A stretch of DNA of 64,000 nucleotides from a virus. Below are positions 44,503-55,167 of the stretch, piece by piece. Every line of letters begins with the position of its first letter. Position 1 is the first letter of the stretch. The stretch lies in IMG/VR virus record IMGVR_UViG_3300011113_000747, positions 64,001 to 128,000 of that record; one strand, 5' to 3'. The notes beneath the pieces were generated by a model. That model was not told the DNA's origin, did no database searches, and saw only the letters and a list, made by a program, of their open reading frames with translations. Both the position numbers and the translations under genes were made by a program.

Positions 44503-46893
44503 ATGGCAAGACGTATTCAATCACCAGGAGTTCAAATTACCGAATTCGATTATTCAGAAAGACCACCATTGGCAACAGGCACTTCTGTTTTTGTAACAGG
44601 GTTTGCTGATCAAGGTCCAACAGACGAAATTAATTTCATTCAAAGCATCAACGATTTCACAAATCTTTACGGTGCTCCAACCAATGCAGCTGAACGTTAC
44701 TTTTACCACACAGTAAAAGGTGTTCTTAACTCAAATGCAACAGTTATCACCAACAGAATGCCTTATGGTTCTGGGGGTGGGGATGGTTTCGGCTCATATT
44801 ATACAGCACTAGTTTACCCTACTAAACTTGTTAATCCTAGCCTTTCTGGTACAACAGGTATTACAAGCAACCTCAATGCTGTATCCGGTGTATATTTCCT
44901 CGGTGCACCTAAATCATTATCACTTACCAAATCTGAGTATGAGTCTATTATTGATGGTACAGCTTTCAATTGGTCTGCTACAGCAACTGAACTAAGCGGT
45001 TTATCTGCTCTTTCAACTTTAGGTAGTGCTGGTGTTATTGTTTTAAATGAAAGACAAACAGCAATCGATCAATCATTCCAAGGTTATTACATTGGGTTAG
45101 CTGATAACTTTGATGCTGATAACCAAAATTCAGATTTCAATAAAATCCGCAACATTAAAACTGTTACAAATGTTGGAACTGGTTCTGGTATTACAAATTT
45201 TATTGATGTACCAACCACAACTCTTGCTTTCCAAATTACATCTTTAGCATCTGCGAATGTAAATTCTCTTGCAAGATCAATTGAAACTGGTTCAGATGGT
45301 TACATTATTGGTAATAGATTAGAGTTTGATGATGTACTTAACGTTGGTATTTACAAACTCACAAATAGTGTATTCCAAGACGATCCAACAAAACTTGTAT
45401 ATGCTCTTCAAGAACTCTATACAGGTTCTGCTACAAACAATTTTAGACAAGTAGCAGCTCCTACAGGTGGTGAACCTGTAACTTATAGCTTACAAACTAT
45501 TGTTGGTAACAGAAGTCCAAATGCTACAATGTTGATTAATCCATATATCAATAACGTTGCATCTGATAGTGTGGGTAGAGGTTCATCTTATGATACTAAT
45601 TCACAATATATTACTCTCAAGAAAGTAAGATTGCTAACACAAACCCTTGTTGATGGTGTAAGTAGCGCAACCCTCTCTGCTTCTATTGGATTTTCTAATC
45701 AAAGTGGTGTTTCAGGTGGTTGGGGTACAATTATTAATCAATTAAGTACATCTCTTGGTTTAGCAGATTCAATTTACCCACTTGGTACATACAATCCGGT
45801 TGGTAATACAAATTTAAAAGTGATCGGTAATGTACCAACTAAAGTTGAAAAATCCTTAGGTAAGGTAAAAGATCCTGAAATCTTTGATGTTGATGTTCTT
45901 GTTGAAGGTGGTCTTGGTACCATTTATACCTTCACAACAATTGCTAGTACATCAGCATATGATGATACTATTTCTAATTCAACATTTACCACGGAGTTGA
46001 GTGAACTTCAAGGAGGATTAGTTACATCAAATGATATTCTTACGAATTATCAAGCAGTAGCTAACAAGTTCCTTGAACTTGCACAACCTGAAAAGGATGG
46101 TGGTAGGGGTGATACATTCTTTGTAGCAGATCCTATCAGACAGTTCTTTATTACTGGTGCTAATTCTAAGTTAATTGATAAGACCAGCAGCTCTAACAAC
46201 TACCAGAAGATTTATTACGCACTTAGAAACCTCTATAGTAATTATGATACATCTTATGCAGGTGCTTACCCTAACTGGTTAGCAGTTATTGATGATGTAA
46301 CCGGATTACAAACATGGGTACCACCTTCAGGTTTTGTAGCTGCTATTATGGCTAATACCGATGCAGGTACCGGTCCATGGGAAGCACCAGCAGGTTTTAA
46401 TCGTGGTATAATTAGAGGTGTTGTTGATGTTGCTTGGAATCCAAATCAACGTCAACGTGATGACCTTTACAAAATTAGTTTGAACCCAATCGCTTCATTC
46501 CCAGGTCAGGGTACAGTAGTTTATGGTCAGAAAACACTTCAGAATAAGCCAAGTGCTTTCGATAGAATTAATGTACGTCGTAACTTCCTCTTCATGGAGA
46601 AGACAGTTAAAGATATCATGAAGTTCTTCGTATTTGAACCAAATACTAAGTTTACAAGAGATAGAGTTCTTGCAACCCTTAATCCGTTCTTTATCAATAT
46701 CCAAGCTAACGGTGGTCTTTATGACTTCCTTGTAGTCTGCGATGAGAGAAATAACTCAGATGCGACAATCGAAGATAATACTTTAGTTGTTGATATTTAT
46801 CTCAAGCCAACAAGAACAGCAGAATTCATCCTAGTTAACTTCTATGCTACAAGACAAAGCGCTAGCTTTGAAGAATTAGTAGCAAGAGCATAA
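44503..46893 (+). CDS. gp18: Tail sheath protein gp18
   Basis: SPGV.ITE.D, WVPPSG, PWEAPAGFNRG, RDDLY...LNPI, SAFDRINVRR, FEPN..FTR, KPTRTAEFI. Confidence 0.96.
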   Translation: MARRIQSPGVQITEFDYSERPPLATGTSVFVTGFADQGPTDEINFIQSINDFTNLYGAPTNAAERYFYHTVKGVLNSNATVITNRMPYGSGGGDGFGSYYTALVYPTKLVNPSLSGTTGITSNLNAVSGVYFLGAPKSLSLTKSEYESIIDGTAFNWSATATELSGLSALSTLGSAGVIVLNERQTAIDQSFQGYYIGLADNFDADNQNSDFNKIRNIKTVTNVGTGSGITNFIDVPTTTLAFQITSLASANVNSLARSIETGSDGYIIGNRLEFDDVLNVGIYKLTNSVFQDDPTKLVYALQELYTGSATNNFRQVAAPTGGEPVTYSLQTIVGNRSPNATMLINPYINNVASDSVGRGSSYDTNSQYITLKKVRLLTQTLVDGVSSATLSASIGFSNQSGVSGGWGTIINQLSTSLGLADSIYPLGTYNPVGNTNLKVIGNVPTKVEKSLGKVKDPEIFDVDVLVEGGLGTIYTFTTIASTSAYDDTISNSTFTTELSELQGGLVTSNDILTNYQAVANKFLELAQPEKDGGRGDTFFVADPIRQFFITGANSKLIDKTSSSNNYQKIYYALRNLYSNYDTSYAGAYPNWLAVIDDVTGLQTWVPPSGFVAAIMANTDAGTGPWEAPAGFNRGIIRGVVDVAWNPNQRQRDDLYKISLNPIASFPGQGTVVYGQKTLQNKPSAFDRINVRRNFLFMEKTVKDIMKFFVFEPNTKFTRDRVLATLNPFFINIQANGGLYDFLVVCDERNNSDATIEDNTLVVDIYLKPTRTAEFILVNFYATRQSASFEELVARA

Positions 46894-46912
46894 TGGGTAA
46901 CTAAATATTATT

Positions 46913-47485
46913 ATGGCACAAAATATCCAACAATTCTACAAAACAGCAAAAAATAGAGACTTCTCAAGAGATTTCCTCTTGAGAGTCACTAATATGAGTG
47001 TTGCAGGTCTTCCTCAGATTACTGAGGATGATCTTGTTTATGTAAAAACAGCTACATTACCTGGTAGAGATATCGGTAACGTTGCTGTACCTTACATGGG
47101 CTTACAGTTTAACGTTCCTGGCGCTGCATCATACCCTGGTTCAGATTCATATAAACTTACATTTTATCTTGATGATCCTGGTCAAAACCAGAATGATTTA
47201 AGATCTAAGTTTGAAGCTGCATCAAGAAATATTTTTGATGATCTTACTTCAACAGGTCTTTATCAAGTTCCTGGAAATGAATCACAAATTGTGTTAACCC
47301 AACTTAATAAAAGCCTTGCACCAACCGGTAATGCATATAAGCTTGTAGGTGTCTCTATTAGAAAAATTGGTAATATTGAATATAAAATTGCTGAAGGTAA
47401 AGGTGAAACTCTTTCACTTGATGTTGATTTTGCATATCACTATTACACAACAGAACAATTCCCTGATAGAGCTGTTACTAATTAA
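46913..47485 (+). CDS. gp19: Tail tube protein gp19
   Basis: Follows the sheath gene; KTATLPG..IG...VPYMG, F.YHYY; TAAATA 5 nt upstream. Confidence 0.8.
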   Translation: MAQNIQQFYKTAKNRDFSRDFLLRVTNMSVAGLPQITEDDLVYVKTATLPGRDIGNVAVPYMGLQFNVPGAASYPGSDSYKLTFYLDDPGQNQNDLRSKFEAASRNIFDDLTSTGLYQVPGNESQIVLTQLNKSLAPTGNAYKLVGVSIRKIGNIEYKIAEGKGETLSLDVDFAYHYYTTEQFPDRAVTN

Positions 47486-47496
47486 TAAGTAATTAA

Positions 47497-48207
47497 ATGC
47501 CAAGAAGAACAGAACAATTTCTTGCTTATCTGGGTAAGAATTGGAACAATTCGTTACCTCTCAGAAATCTCTGGGAGGTAAACTTTTCTGTACCCCTAGC
47601 TCGCGAGATCAATTTAGATGTAGGATCACCCACTGTAACACAAGGTGGAGCTGTTGATTTAGAATCAAACATACAAAGAGTAATTGAGACTTATGAAGGA
47701 GCAAAAAGATTTAGCGTCATACCAGGTTTTTTTACCTCACAGAGTAATGGTGAAGTAAGTAATATTTCATTTTTAGCACAGAGTATATCACTACCAACAG
47801 ATGCTTTTGATGTTTCTGTATCAAATAATGATAATGCTGGTGGTTATAGAGGCGGCTACATTGGAGGTGATAGAACACAATATCAACCACTCACCATCTC
47901 GTTTTTAGAAACTAATATTGATGTATTTGAATATCTACTAAGACCATGGACTATTGCATGTGCATACAAAGGTCTCATTGAAGATGGTATTCCAGGTACT
48001 AATATTAAAGCAGGTATGGAAGTTATACAGTATAGTAGACAGGGGTTTAATGTTGATACGTGGTTACCACGTAAACAATATTCTTTTCAAGGTGTTGTGC
48101 CGATTTCGATTGAGGGTGATAAACTCACTTACGAACCAAACGATATTAGTAATATTGTAAGATCCGCATCGTTTACGTTTAAAGATTACACAATGAAAAA
48201 ACCTTAA
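47497..48207 (+). CDS. Tube-like baseplate initiator, gp54-like
   Basis: AQSISLP, L.ISFLET, Y.F..VVP.SI....L.Y, F.FKDY tube-fold pattern. Confidence 0.6.
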   Translation: MPRRTEQFLAYLGKNWNNSLPLRNLWEVNFSVPLAREINLDVGSPTVTQGGAVDLESNIQRVIETYEGAKRFSVIPGFFTSQSNGEVSNISFLAQSISLPTDAFDVSVSNNDNAGGYRGGYIGGDRTQYQPLTISFLETNIDVFEYLLRPWTIACAYKGLIEDGIPGTNIKAGMEVIQYSRQGFNVDTWLPRKQYSFQGVVPISIEGDKLTYEPNDISNIVRSASFTFKDYTMKKP

Positions 48208-48243
48208 CCTGGTTTAGTTAATTACACTGTATAAATACCATCG

Positions 48244-49074
48244 GTGTTTACATTTAACGTCAAGTTACCTTATTATGGAGATTTACGAGTAGAAGAACTT
48301 TCTAATCGTGATATTTTTACTATTTTTAAATATTGCACTGCAGATGATGTAGAAGGTCTTAGTTTATTTTTTGAAAAGGTAATTTTCAGTAAACTTCCTT
48401 TATTAAACGTTATCGATAAATTATACTTACTGTTATTTTACAGATCTTTTTATTTAGATGATATAATACAGATAAGAGTGGATCATGAAAAAGCTAAACA
48501 TATGGACTTTTTCATTGAAAATATGTTAGAAAAAATTCATAACATAGACTTCATTCAGGATGAGGAGATTATATCAAATAATCTCAAGATAACATTATCA
48601 TTACCTTCATCTCTCTACCATAAAACAGGTGAAGATATAATCTACGACTGCATAAAAAGTGTTAAAATAGGCAATGAAACTATTTTTTTACATAACCTCA
48701 ATAAAGTAGAAAAAAACGAATTGTTAGATACATTACCAGCTAAGATTACATCAAATATTTTAGAGTATTTCAAAAAAGTATCTGCTGCAGCAGGTAGTGT
48801 ATCCGTTATTGATGAAAACATTAAATATCAAATCGATCGTGTAAATATACAACTATTATCTAATCAACCTATTGAATTTATTAAAATTTTATTCAAACAA
48901 GATATGGTAAACTACCTCGAGTTTATGTATCACTATGTTAATAAAGTAGGAGGAACCTTTGAAGACTTTTTCAATCTTACATTTAATGATACAAAAATTA
49001 TTCTAGATTTTCACAGAGAGGAAGTTATTCAGCAAAATGAATCATTGAAAACACCACCACCAACCAATATATAA
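48244..49074 (+). CDS. Baseplate hub assembly protein, gp26-like with gp51-like C-terminus
   Basis: GTG start after TATAAATA; LP..., I.DCIKSV, L..LP; C-terminal helix resembling gp51. Confidence 0.5.
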   Translation: MFTFNVKLPYYGDLRVEELSNRDIFTIFKYCTADDVEGLSLFFEKVIFSKLPLLNVIDKLYLLLFYRSFYLDDIIQIRVDHEKAKHMDFFIENMLEKIHNIDFIQDEEIISNNLKITLSLPSSLYHKTGEDIIYDCIKSVKIGNETIFLHNLNKVEKNELLDTLPAKITSNILEYFKKVSAAAGSVSVIDENIKYQIDRVNIQLLSNQPIEFIKILFKQDMVNYLEFMYHYVNKVGGTFEDFFNLTFNDTKIILDFHREEVIQQNESLKTPPPTNI

Positions 49075-49078
49075 TTAT

Positions 49079-49816
49079 ATGTCTAACGTTAAAGATCTCA
49101 TTAGTAGAATTAGTTCTCTCAAAGAAGAAGAAAAGATCCCAGTCCTTATACCATCCCTCGGTAAAACTAAGGATTTCAAACCTATTAATGTAAGACAACA
49201 AAAAAATTTACTTAAAGAAACAATTGGTGGTGTAAGCAGTATTTCTGAACTACTTATCCAATTTAATACTATTATTTTGGATAACATTAACGACGATTCT
49301 GAAGATTTATTATGTCTTGATAAGTACCCTGTGCTTGTTGAACTTAGAAAGAATGCTTTCGGTGATAAAATTAACATCAAAGGAAAAGAATATAGCCTAA
49401 ATGATCTTCAACCACCATGTAAGGTTACTGGTAATATCTCCAATAAGGAAATTGATTTTAAAACTATTAAAGTTTTCCTCAAAACACCCACTATCAAGGA
49501 AGAAAATCAGTTTTTAGCTAAACAATCTAACGAAATTAAAAAGAAAAACATCGATGACGGTAAAGATGTTATATCAGCGTTATATGTTTTTGAAATTGCT
49601 AAATTTGTTGAAAGTATTTCTATTGAAGATACACAAGTTTCTTTCGCAAATCTTAGTATTAATGAGAGGATTGCTATTATAGAGTCTTTACCAATTTCAC
49701 TCAATCAGAAAATTCTTAATTTTATTAGTAAAGTAAGAGAATTTGAAAATAAATTCATTACCTTTGATGATGGTACCACCTTACCTATTGATGCTTTATT
49801 CGTTACCACGGATTAA
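49079..49816 (+). CDS. Baseplate hub assembly protein gp26-like
   Basis: IPSLGK...FKPINVRQQK.LL, LD...VL.ELR, L..PT, IESLP. Confidence 0.68.
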   Translation: MSNVKDLISRISSLKEEEKIPVLIPSLGKTKDFKPINVRQQKNLLKETIGGVSSISELLIQFNTIILDNINDDSEDLLCLDKYPVLVELRKNAFGDKINIKGKEYSLNDLQPPCKVTGNISNKEIDFKTIKVFLKTPTIKEENQFLAKQSNEIKKKNIDDGKDVISALYVFEIAKFVESISIEDTQVSFANLSINERIAIIESLPISLNQKILNFISKVREFENKFITFDDGTTLPIDALFVTTD

Positions 49817-49826
49817 GTATTAATAG

Positions 49827-51950
49827 ATGGATCCAATAGTAGTCGATTTACTAAATAAACTTAAGCAGTTAACAGAAGCGTTAACTGCAAAAACAGGTGT
49901 TCCTCAACCTAAAAAGAACACAAACGTACAACCATCACCTGGTAGTCCAACATATGACACTGGTATACCACCTGATGAATACTATGTAAGATTAAGTTCA
50001 GTTTTACAATTAGGTAAATATGCTACTGAAAGTGATAAAAGGGCTAACAATAAAATTTTTATTGATCAGTTAATACCTAGAATAGATGGTATTCTCAACA
50101 AATATTTTAAACAAACACCCACTATCAAAGAGCAAGGGAAAGATACCACACCATCTGAAAAGAAAACACAAGGTATACTTGAAAAAGCTAAAGATGTTGG
50201 TGGTGGTCTATTGTCTATTGTACCAGCTATAGCTGGTTTAGCTTTAGCAGCTGGTCTTTGGAAAAATATTGATGTTGGTGTTATAGTTAAGATTGTAGGT
50301 ACAATTGGTGCACTAGTAGGTGGTTTATTTTTAATGGATAAAGTTAAAGGTCTTAAAACTAGCATAATCACATTTGCAGCAATTATATTGGAAATTGCTG
50401 CTCTTGGATTTGTTCTAAATCAATTTAAAGATGTTGTGAAAGGTTTTGCGGAAGTTGATCCTAGTGATCTATTAAAAGTTGGTGGTATTATTGTTGGTAT
50501 TGGTGGTATTGTAGCAGTTTTAGGATTAATACCAAAATCAATGTTAATAGCTGGTGTTGCAGCTTTTGCTGGTATTGAACTTTTAATTTTAGGTCTCAAT
50601 ACAGTTTTACCACCATTAGCTACTGCTATAAAATCTTTTGAAGGTGTGAGACCTCAAGACCTTGGTAAAATAGCAGGTGTTCTGGTTGGTATTGGAGTAA
50701 TAGCAGGTATATTGGGTGCAATCGCTGTAACGGGTATAGGTGGTGTAGCACTAACTGCTGGTGCGGCAGCGTTTTCAGGTATTCTTGTATTAGCACAAGG
50801 TCTTACTACAATATTACCACCATTAGCTGCAGCTATCAAATCACTTGAAGGTGTAAAACTTGAAGATATGGGTAAAGCTGGTTTAATAATTGCAGGTGTT
50901 GGCGCTTTAGCTGTAGCTTTAGGTATAGCTGCACCATTTGTGGTAGCTGCTAATTTAGGTATGTCATCATTTTCTAAATTTGTTGATGGTATTTCTGGAT
51001 TGATAACTAAATTAGGTACCACTGTTAGTAATTTTGCAAAAATTAACAAGGAGTCAATTACTGGTGCATTTGATAACATTAAGTTTTTCATGCAAGGTGC
51101 ACAGGGTCTATTCGGTGGTGGTGGAGTCGTTAGTTCTATTGGTAATTTTGTTAAAGGTGTGGTTAGTGGTGGTGGTGCTGCAGCTTTACTAGCACCATAT
51201 ATTCTAATTTCAGCTGAATTAGTAAAACTTGTTGATAATATCAAAGCTGTAATTGGATCAGCTACAGGTTTAACCAAGGATGGTATTATAACGCTTTTTG
51301 ACATACTTACAACTTTTGGTAAATCATCTACAGAATTAACTCAATCCCTTAAAGGCGGTTCATTTTTTGGAGGTACAAATATTAGCGCTTTAGCTACCGG
51401 GTTTGGTTTGTTAAAAGATCAGTTAGGTGGTATTACTACATTTGAATTACCTCTTTCCAATATTTCAAATAGCATTTCTAACCTTGTAACATCTATTTCA
51501 GATTTGAGATTAACCGACAGTGTAATTAAAAGTATTGAAAGTTCCATTTTAAATATTAAAGGAGCTGCATCAAATAATATATTTGGTTCAATGGAAAATA
51601 CATTTAGTAGTTTAGTTGAATCTATTAATAATATGAATGAAACTGTTAATGTATTGAATAACAGTATAGAATCATTTAATGCTTCTGCTGTTGTGAAGAT
51701 ATCTACTGATGAACCACTTAAAGTTGATATGAATACAACTAACTCCATACTTTACCGTTTAGTACAAACAAATGAACAGATGGTTGGTCTATTAAAGAAT
51801 GGTGGTATTGGTCAAAATACACAAAATATATTGTTACCACAAGTTGATAAGACAAATAATGCGTCTGGTGTTAAAACTTCGATTCCTTTTGTACCATTTT
51901 CACAATCACCTTATAACCCAGGAAACGGTCTAGCACCTACTAAATTTTAA
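49827..51950 (+). CDS. Tape measure protein (gp29-like)
   Basis: 707 aa, Ala/Gly/hydrophobic helical repeats (LPPLATAIKSFEGV / LPPLAAAIKSLEGV), between hub and tube-cap genes. Confidence 0.75.
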   Translation: MDPIVVDLLNKLKQLTEALTAKTGVPQPKKNTNVQPSPGSPTYDTGIPPDEYYVRLSSVLQLGKYATESDKRANNKIFIDQLIPRIDGILNKYFKQTPTIKEQGKDTTPSEKKTQGILEKAKDVGGGLLSIVPAIAGLALAAGLWKNIDVGVIVKIVGTIGALVGGLFLMDKVKGLKTSIITFAAIILEIAALGFVLNQFKDVVKGFAEVDPSDLLKVGGIIVGIGGIVAVLGLIPKSMLIAGVAAFAGIELLILGLNTVLPPLATAIKSFEGVRPQDLGKIAGVLVGIGVIAGILGAIAVTGIGGVALTAGAAAFSGILVLAQGLTTILPPLAAAIKSLEGVKLEDMGKAGLIIAGVGALAVALGIAAPFVVAANLGMSSFSKFVDGISGLITKLGTTVSNFAKINKESITGAFDNIKFFMQGAQGLFGGGGVVSSIGNFVKGVVSGGGAAALLAPYILISAELVKLVDNIKAVIGSATGLTKDGIITLFDILTTFGKSSTELTQSLKGGSFFGGTNISALATGFGLLKDQLGGITTFELPLSNISNSISNLVTSISDLRLTDSVIKSIESSILNIKGAASNNIFGSMENTFSSLVESINNMNETVNVLNNSIESFNASAVVKISTDEPLKVDMNTTNSILYRLVQTNEQMVGLLKNGGIGQNTQNILLPQVDKTNNASGVKTSIPFVPFSQSPYNPGNGLAPTKF

Positions 51951-51965
51951 TGATTAAATACTAAT

Positions 51966-53378
51966 ATGGCAATTGATTATATTTTAAAATACGGTAATGC
52001 GGCTGATGAAAAAACTAAAAAAGGCGACAAACTTCTTGCCATACCACCTATTATAGCTGAGCCAAAAGCTTCAGGGTTAATAGATGTAATATCTGATTGT
52101 CAATTGTTTGCAAATAAAATTCCAGAGGCTGGTAAAAGTAAAATACCTTACATATTTTTTGAAGAATTTGATTTAACTGGTAACCCTCTTTTAACACAGT
52201 TTCAGTATTTGAATAATTTTTTACCTGAGTTTTTAACCTTACAGGGTAATAAGACAGCACCTACAACATCACCCCAACCTCAAGGTGGGTTGGGTGCGAG
52301 TACTTTTAATTATTTTTTCCCAAATTTTGCCAAAGCATTAAAAGTTGCAGATGGTGATCTATCACAACTTACTGATGAAACTGTTAGAAATATTTATGAG
52401 GAACTACAAAAGGTTACAGCTAGTTCAATTAATAAAGATTTTATAACTCTAAGTCCATATAGTGGGATGTATGCTCTAAACCCAACAAAATTTCAATATA
52501 TAATGCCTTATTATGATAATAAGATGCAAAATATAGGTAATAAGTTTAATGACTCGTTTACTAGTTTTTTTGGAGGTGAGGGTACTGGTCTTAGTAAAGC
52601 TGGTATACCAGGCACAAATCTTTTTGAAAAAGCAAAAGATCTTTTTGGAACATATTTAACCCTTTCAAATATTACTCAACCCTCTGCATATGTAGAATTT
52701 CCAAAATATTTTGCACCTGGGGAGTATGAAACTTATACAGTTAAATTTCAGCTTCTTAATACAATTGAACAAGATGCTATTCAGAAACACTATGACTTTT
52801 TATTTTTATTAGCGTTTCAAAACTTACCATTTAGAGAATCAATAATACGAGTTAGACCATGTAAGCTGTATTTTGTTGTAATACCAGGCACTCTAACTTT
52901 ACCATACTGTTTTATGGAATCAATTAATATTGATTATGTTGGTAATAGAAGAATGTTACAATTAGATAAATTTAATTTTAATGGTGATAAAATAGAAAAA
53001 ACAAAAACAGAATGCATTGTACCAGATTGTTATTCTGTAACAATAACATTTAGATCTTTATTGCGACCTGCTTCAAACTTTATGTTAACACCTAACATTA
53101 ATGTAAGAACAGCAATACCAACAAACAATATTACACCAGGAATAACACCAACATCACTATTACAAGAACAGAAGCCAGCACTCTTTACACGGGAAGCTCA
53201 ACAGCGAAGAGCTGAAGCGGCGGTTAAAAACTACATTGATAACCCAGATGCACGTGCGGCGCGCCCACAAACAAATACTAGAACACTACCAAGAGAATCA
53301 GCGGAGCCTTCACTTTCTTTACCAGATAATAACGCTGTTCAAAATTTAATTAATACAATAACAGGAGGTTTACAATAA
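51966..53378 (+). CDS. Baseplate tube cap gp48-like
   Basis: Y..KF.LLNT, PC.LY.V.IPG...LPYC.MESI.IDY.GN, P..Y.VTITF. Confidence 0.6.
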   Translation: MAIDYILKYGNAADEKTKKGDKLLAIPPIIAEPKASGLIDVISDCQLFANKIPEAGKSKIPYIFFEEFDLTGNPLLTQFQYLNNFLPEFLTLQGNKTAPTTSPQPQGGLGASTFNYFFPNFAKALKVADGDLSQLTDETVRNIYEELQKVTASSINKDFITLSPYSGMYALNPTKFQYIMPYYDNKMQNIGNKFNDSFTSFFGGEGTGLSKAGIPGTNLFEKAKDLFGTYLTLSNITQPSAYVEFPKYFAPGEYETYTVKFQLLNTIEQDAIQKHYDFLFLLAFQNLPFRESIIRVRPCKLYFVVIPGTLTLPYCFMESINIDYVGNRRMLQLDKFNFNGDKIEKTKTECIVPDCYSVTITFRSLLRPASNFMLTPNINVRTAIPTNNITPGITPTSLLQEQKPALFTREAQQRRAEAAVKNYIDNPDARAARPQTNTRTLPRESAEPSLSLPDNNAVQNLINTITGGLQ

Positions 53379-53385
53379 TATTGAT

Positions 53386-53754
53386 ATGGAAGCATTATTT
53401 AAAAACAATCAAATACAAATTTTACCAACAATATCTAAGTTTAGATATGAAAATATTTTTAATGTTTATAAGTTTGCAAATTTTAACAAAGAGTTTTATT
53501 ACTATAATATAACTAACAAATTACAACTACCAGAAAAAATAGACAAGGTTTTTTTAAACTCTATTACTTTTGATTCGACAATACCACTCACAATTGCATC
53601 CCATAGAATTTATGGTAATCAATTTTTATGGTATTTACTTTATACCCTCAATACCAACACATCTAAACCTAGATTTTTTGTGGAAGCTGGTGAAGAAATT
53701 ATCTACATCAAACCTGAATTTTTAGATACAATAATAAGTAGATTAAATGGTTGA
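53386..53754 (+). CDS. gp53: Baseplate wedge gp53-like (LysM-like)
   Basis: S.RIYG...LWY.L..LN motif. Confidence 0.7.
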   Translation: MEALFKNNQIQILPTISKFRYENIFNVYKFANFNKEFYYYNITNKLQLPEKIDKVFLNSITFDSTIPLTIASHRIYGNQFLWYLLYTLNTNTSKPRFFVEAGEEIIYIKPEFLDTIISRLNG

Positions 53755-55159
53755 AGAAATTAAACTTAACGAAGCAAAATATTGGTTTGAAGCAAAGTTC
53801 GCTTCAAATAGTATAGTCACTGACTTAAACAATAAAATTTCTAGTTCAAACCCTAAATTTTTACCTGCTTCAATTAGCCTTTTTGATATGATTGAGGTGA
53901 GTGAAAATTTATTTGCTCGATTTACTAAAGTAAACTTAGGGATTGGTACATTAGGTGGTGGTATTGAAAGTTCAATATTACCTTTTAGTTTTAAATCAAA
54001 TAATACTAATATATTTGATATGACTTTAACCAATGAACTTGCAGGTGGGCCAAAATTACTTAATTCTACACGCGATCCAAATGTTGAGCATAATATACTT
54101 TCTTTTTTGGGTGTTATAAATAGTGGTGCAAATATAGGTACAGAAAAAAATATTTCAACATTTAACACATACGAATGTAAATCTATCGTAGAAGCTAATT
54201 TAGATGAAATTAAAATTAACACCACCATTTTTAACTTCATAGATAGAAATAAAACTATAAGTGAAAATTTGAAAGATATTTTATCTCTTGTTTTATCTGA
54301 TAATGAGATAGATAGTGTTTCATTTACGAGAGGTTATACTAAATTTCCAGAACCTTACATATATCCAAATCATTTTAGTGCTTTAGATGCACTATGCTTT
54401 TTATTGCCGTTTAATCTTACAAACGATACAAAAGGAATAACATCACAGCTTCTTATTTCTTATGATCGTGTAACAAGAAAATACAAGTTAATTTCACCAT
54501 TAGATGCTTTTATTGATAAATTTACACCCGAACAATTTACAATAACAACACAATCCACCAATGAAGGTCAAAACAAATCCCCATCATTGTTTGCACCAGC
54601 AAATGGTACATTTACCGTACGTGGTAATAACTCTATAGATAGTTACTTTTTTAGTGATGTCCATTATGATACAAGTAATAGTAAATTTGTTACGACATTT
54701 ATTACAACACCAAATAACCTAACAGGTACAAGTAGTAGTTTGGTAAAACTACAGGATGAAGTTGGAAATTACGAAAATGCTATTTTACCTTTAATACAAA
54801 GCCAGTATGGTAATAAAGCTAAACTTAATGTAGCTCTTGATCCAATAAAAATTACCAATTCATCGTATAGGGTGTTTAGAAGTCCGTATGATTTAAAACT
54901 AACCACAGATATTGTAAAAGCACAGATGTATAATTATTTCATGTTTGATAACATGCAACTTAAAATAACTGTACCAGGTCAAATTTATAGACAACCAGGA
55001 ACATTAATCATTATTGATAAAGATAGAAATGTGTCTGGTGGTGAATTTGATAAAAAAATAATTGGTCATTGGTATGTTATGGAAGTAAAACATACCTTCA
55101 ACAATAAAGGTTCATATATTAATGAACTTTATTGTTGCAAACCATTTATCCAGGAATAA
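53747..55159 (+). CDS. Baseplate hub gp27-like
   Basis: C-terminal ITVPG...RQPG..I.I...G.WYV.EVKHTF. Confidence 0.65.
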   Translation: MVEEIKLNEAKYWFEAKFASNSIVTDLNNKISSSNPKFLPASISLFDMIEVSENLFARFTKVNLGIGTLGGGIESSILPFSFKSNNTNIFDMTLTNELAGGPKLLNSTRDPNVEHNILSFLGVINSGANIGTEKNISTFNTYECKSIVEANLDEIKINTTIFNFIDRNKTISENLKDILSLVLSDNEIDSVSFTRGYTKFPEPYIYPNHFSALDALCFLLPFNLTNDTKGITSQLLISYDRVTRKYKLISPLDAFIDKFTPEQFTITTQSTNEGQNKSPSLFAPANGTFTVRGNNSIDSYFFSDVHYDTSNSKFVTTFITTPNNLTGTSSSLVKLQDEVGNYENAILPLIQSQYGNKAKLNVALDPIKITNSSYRVFRSPYDLKLTTDIVKAQMYNYFMFDNMQLKITVPGQIYRQPGTLIIIDKDRNVSGGEFDKKIIGHWYVMEVKHTFNNKGSYINELYCCKPFIQE

Positions 55160-55167
55160 ATTTTTAT

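Noticed and set aside
49827-51950. Multi-pass membrane transporter
   Set aside because: Hydrophobic repeats and position between hub and tube-cap genes fit a tape measure protein
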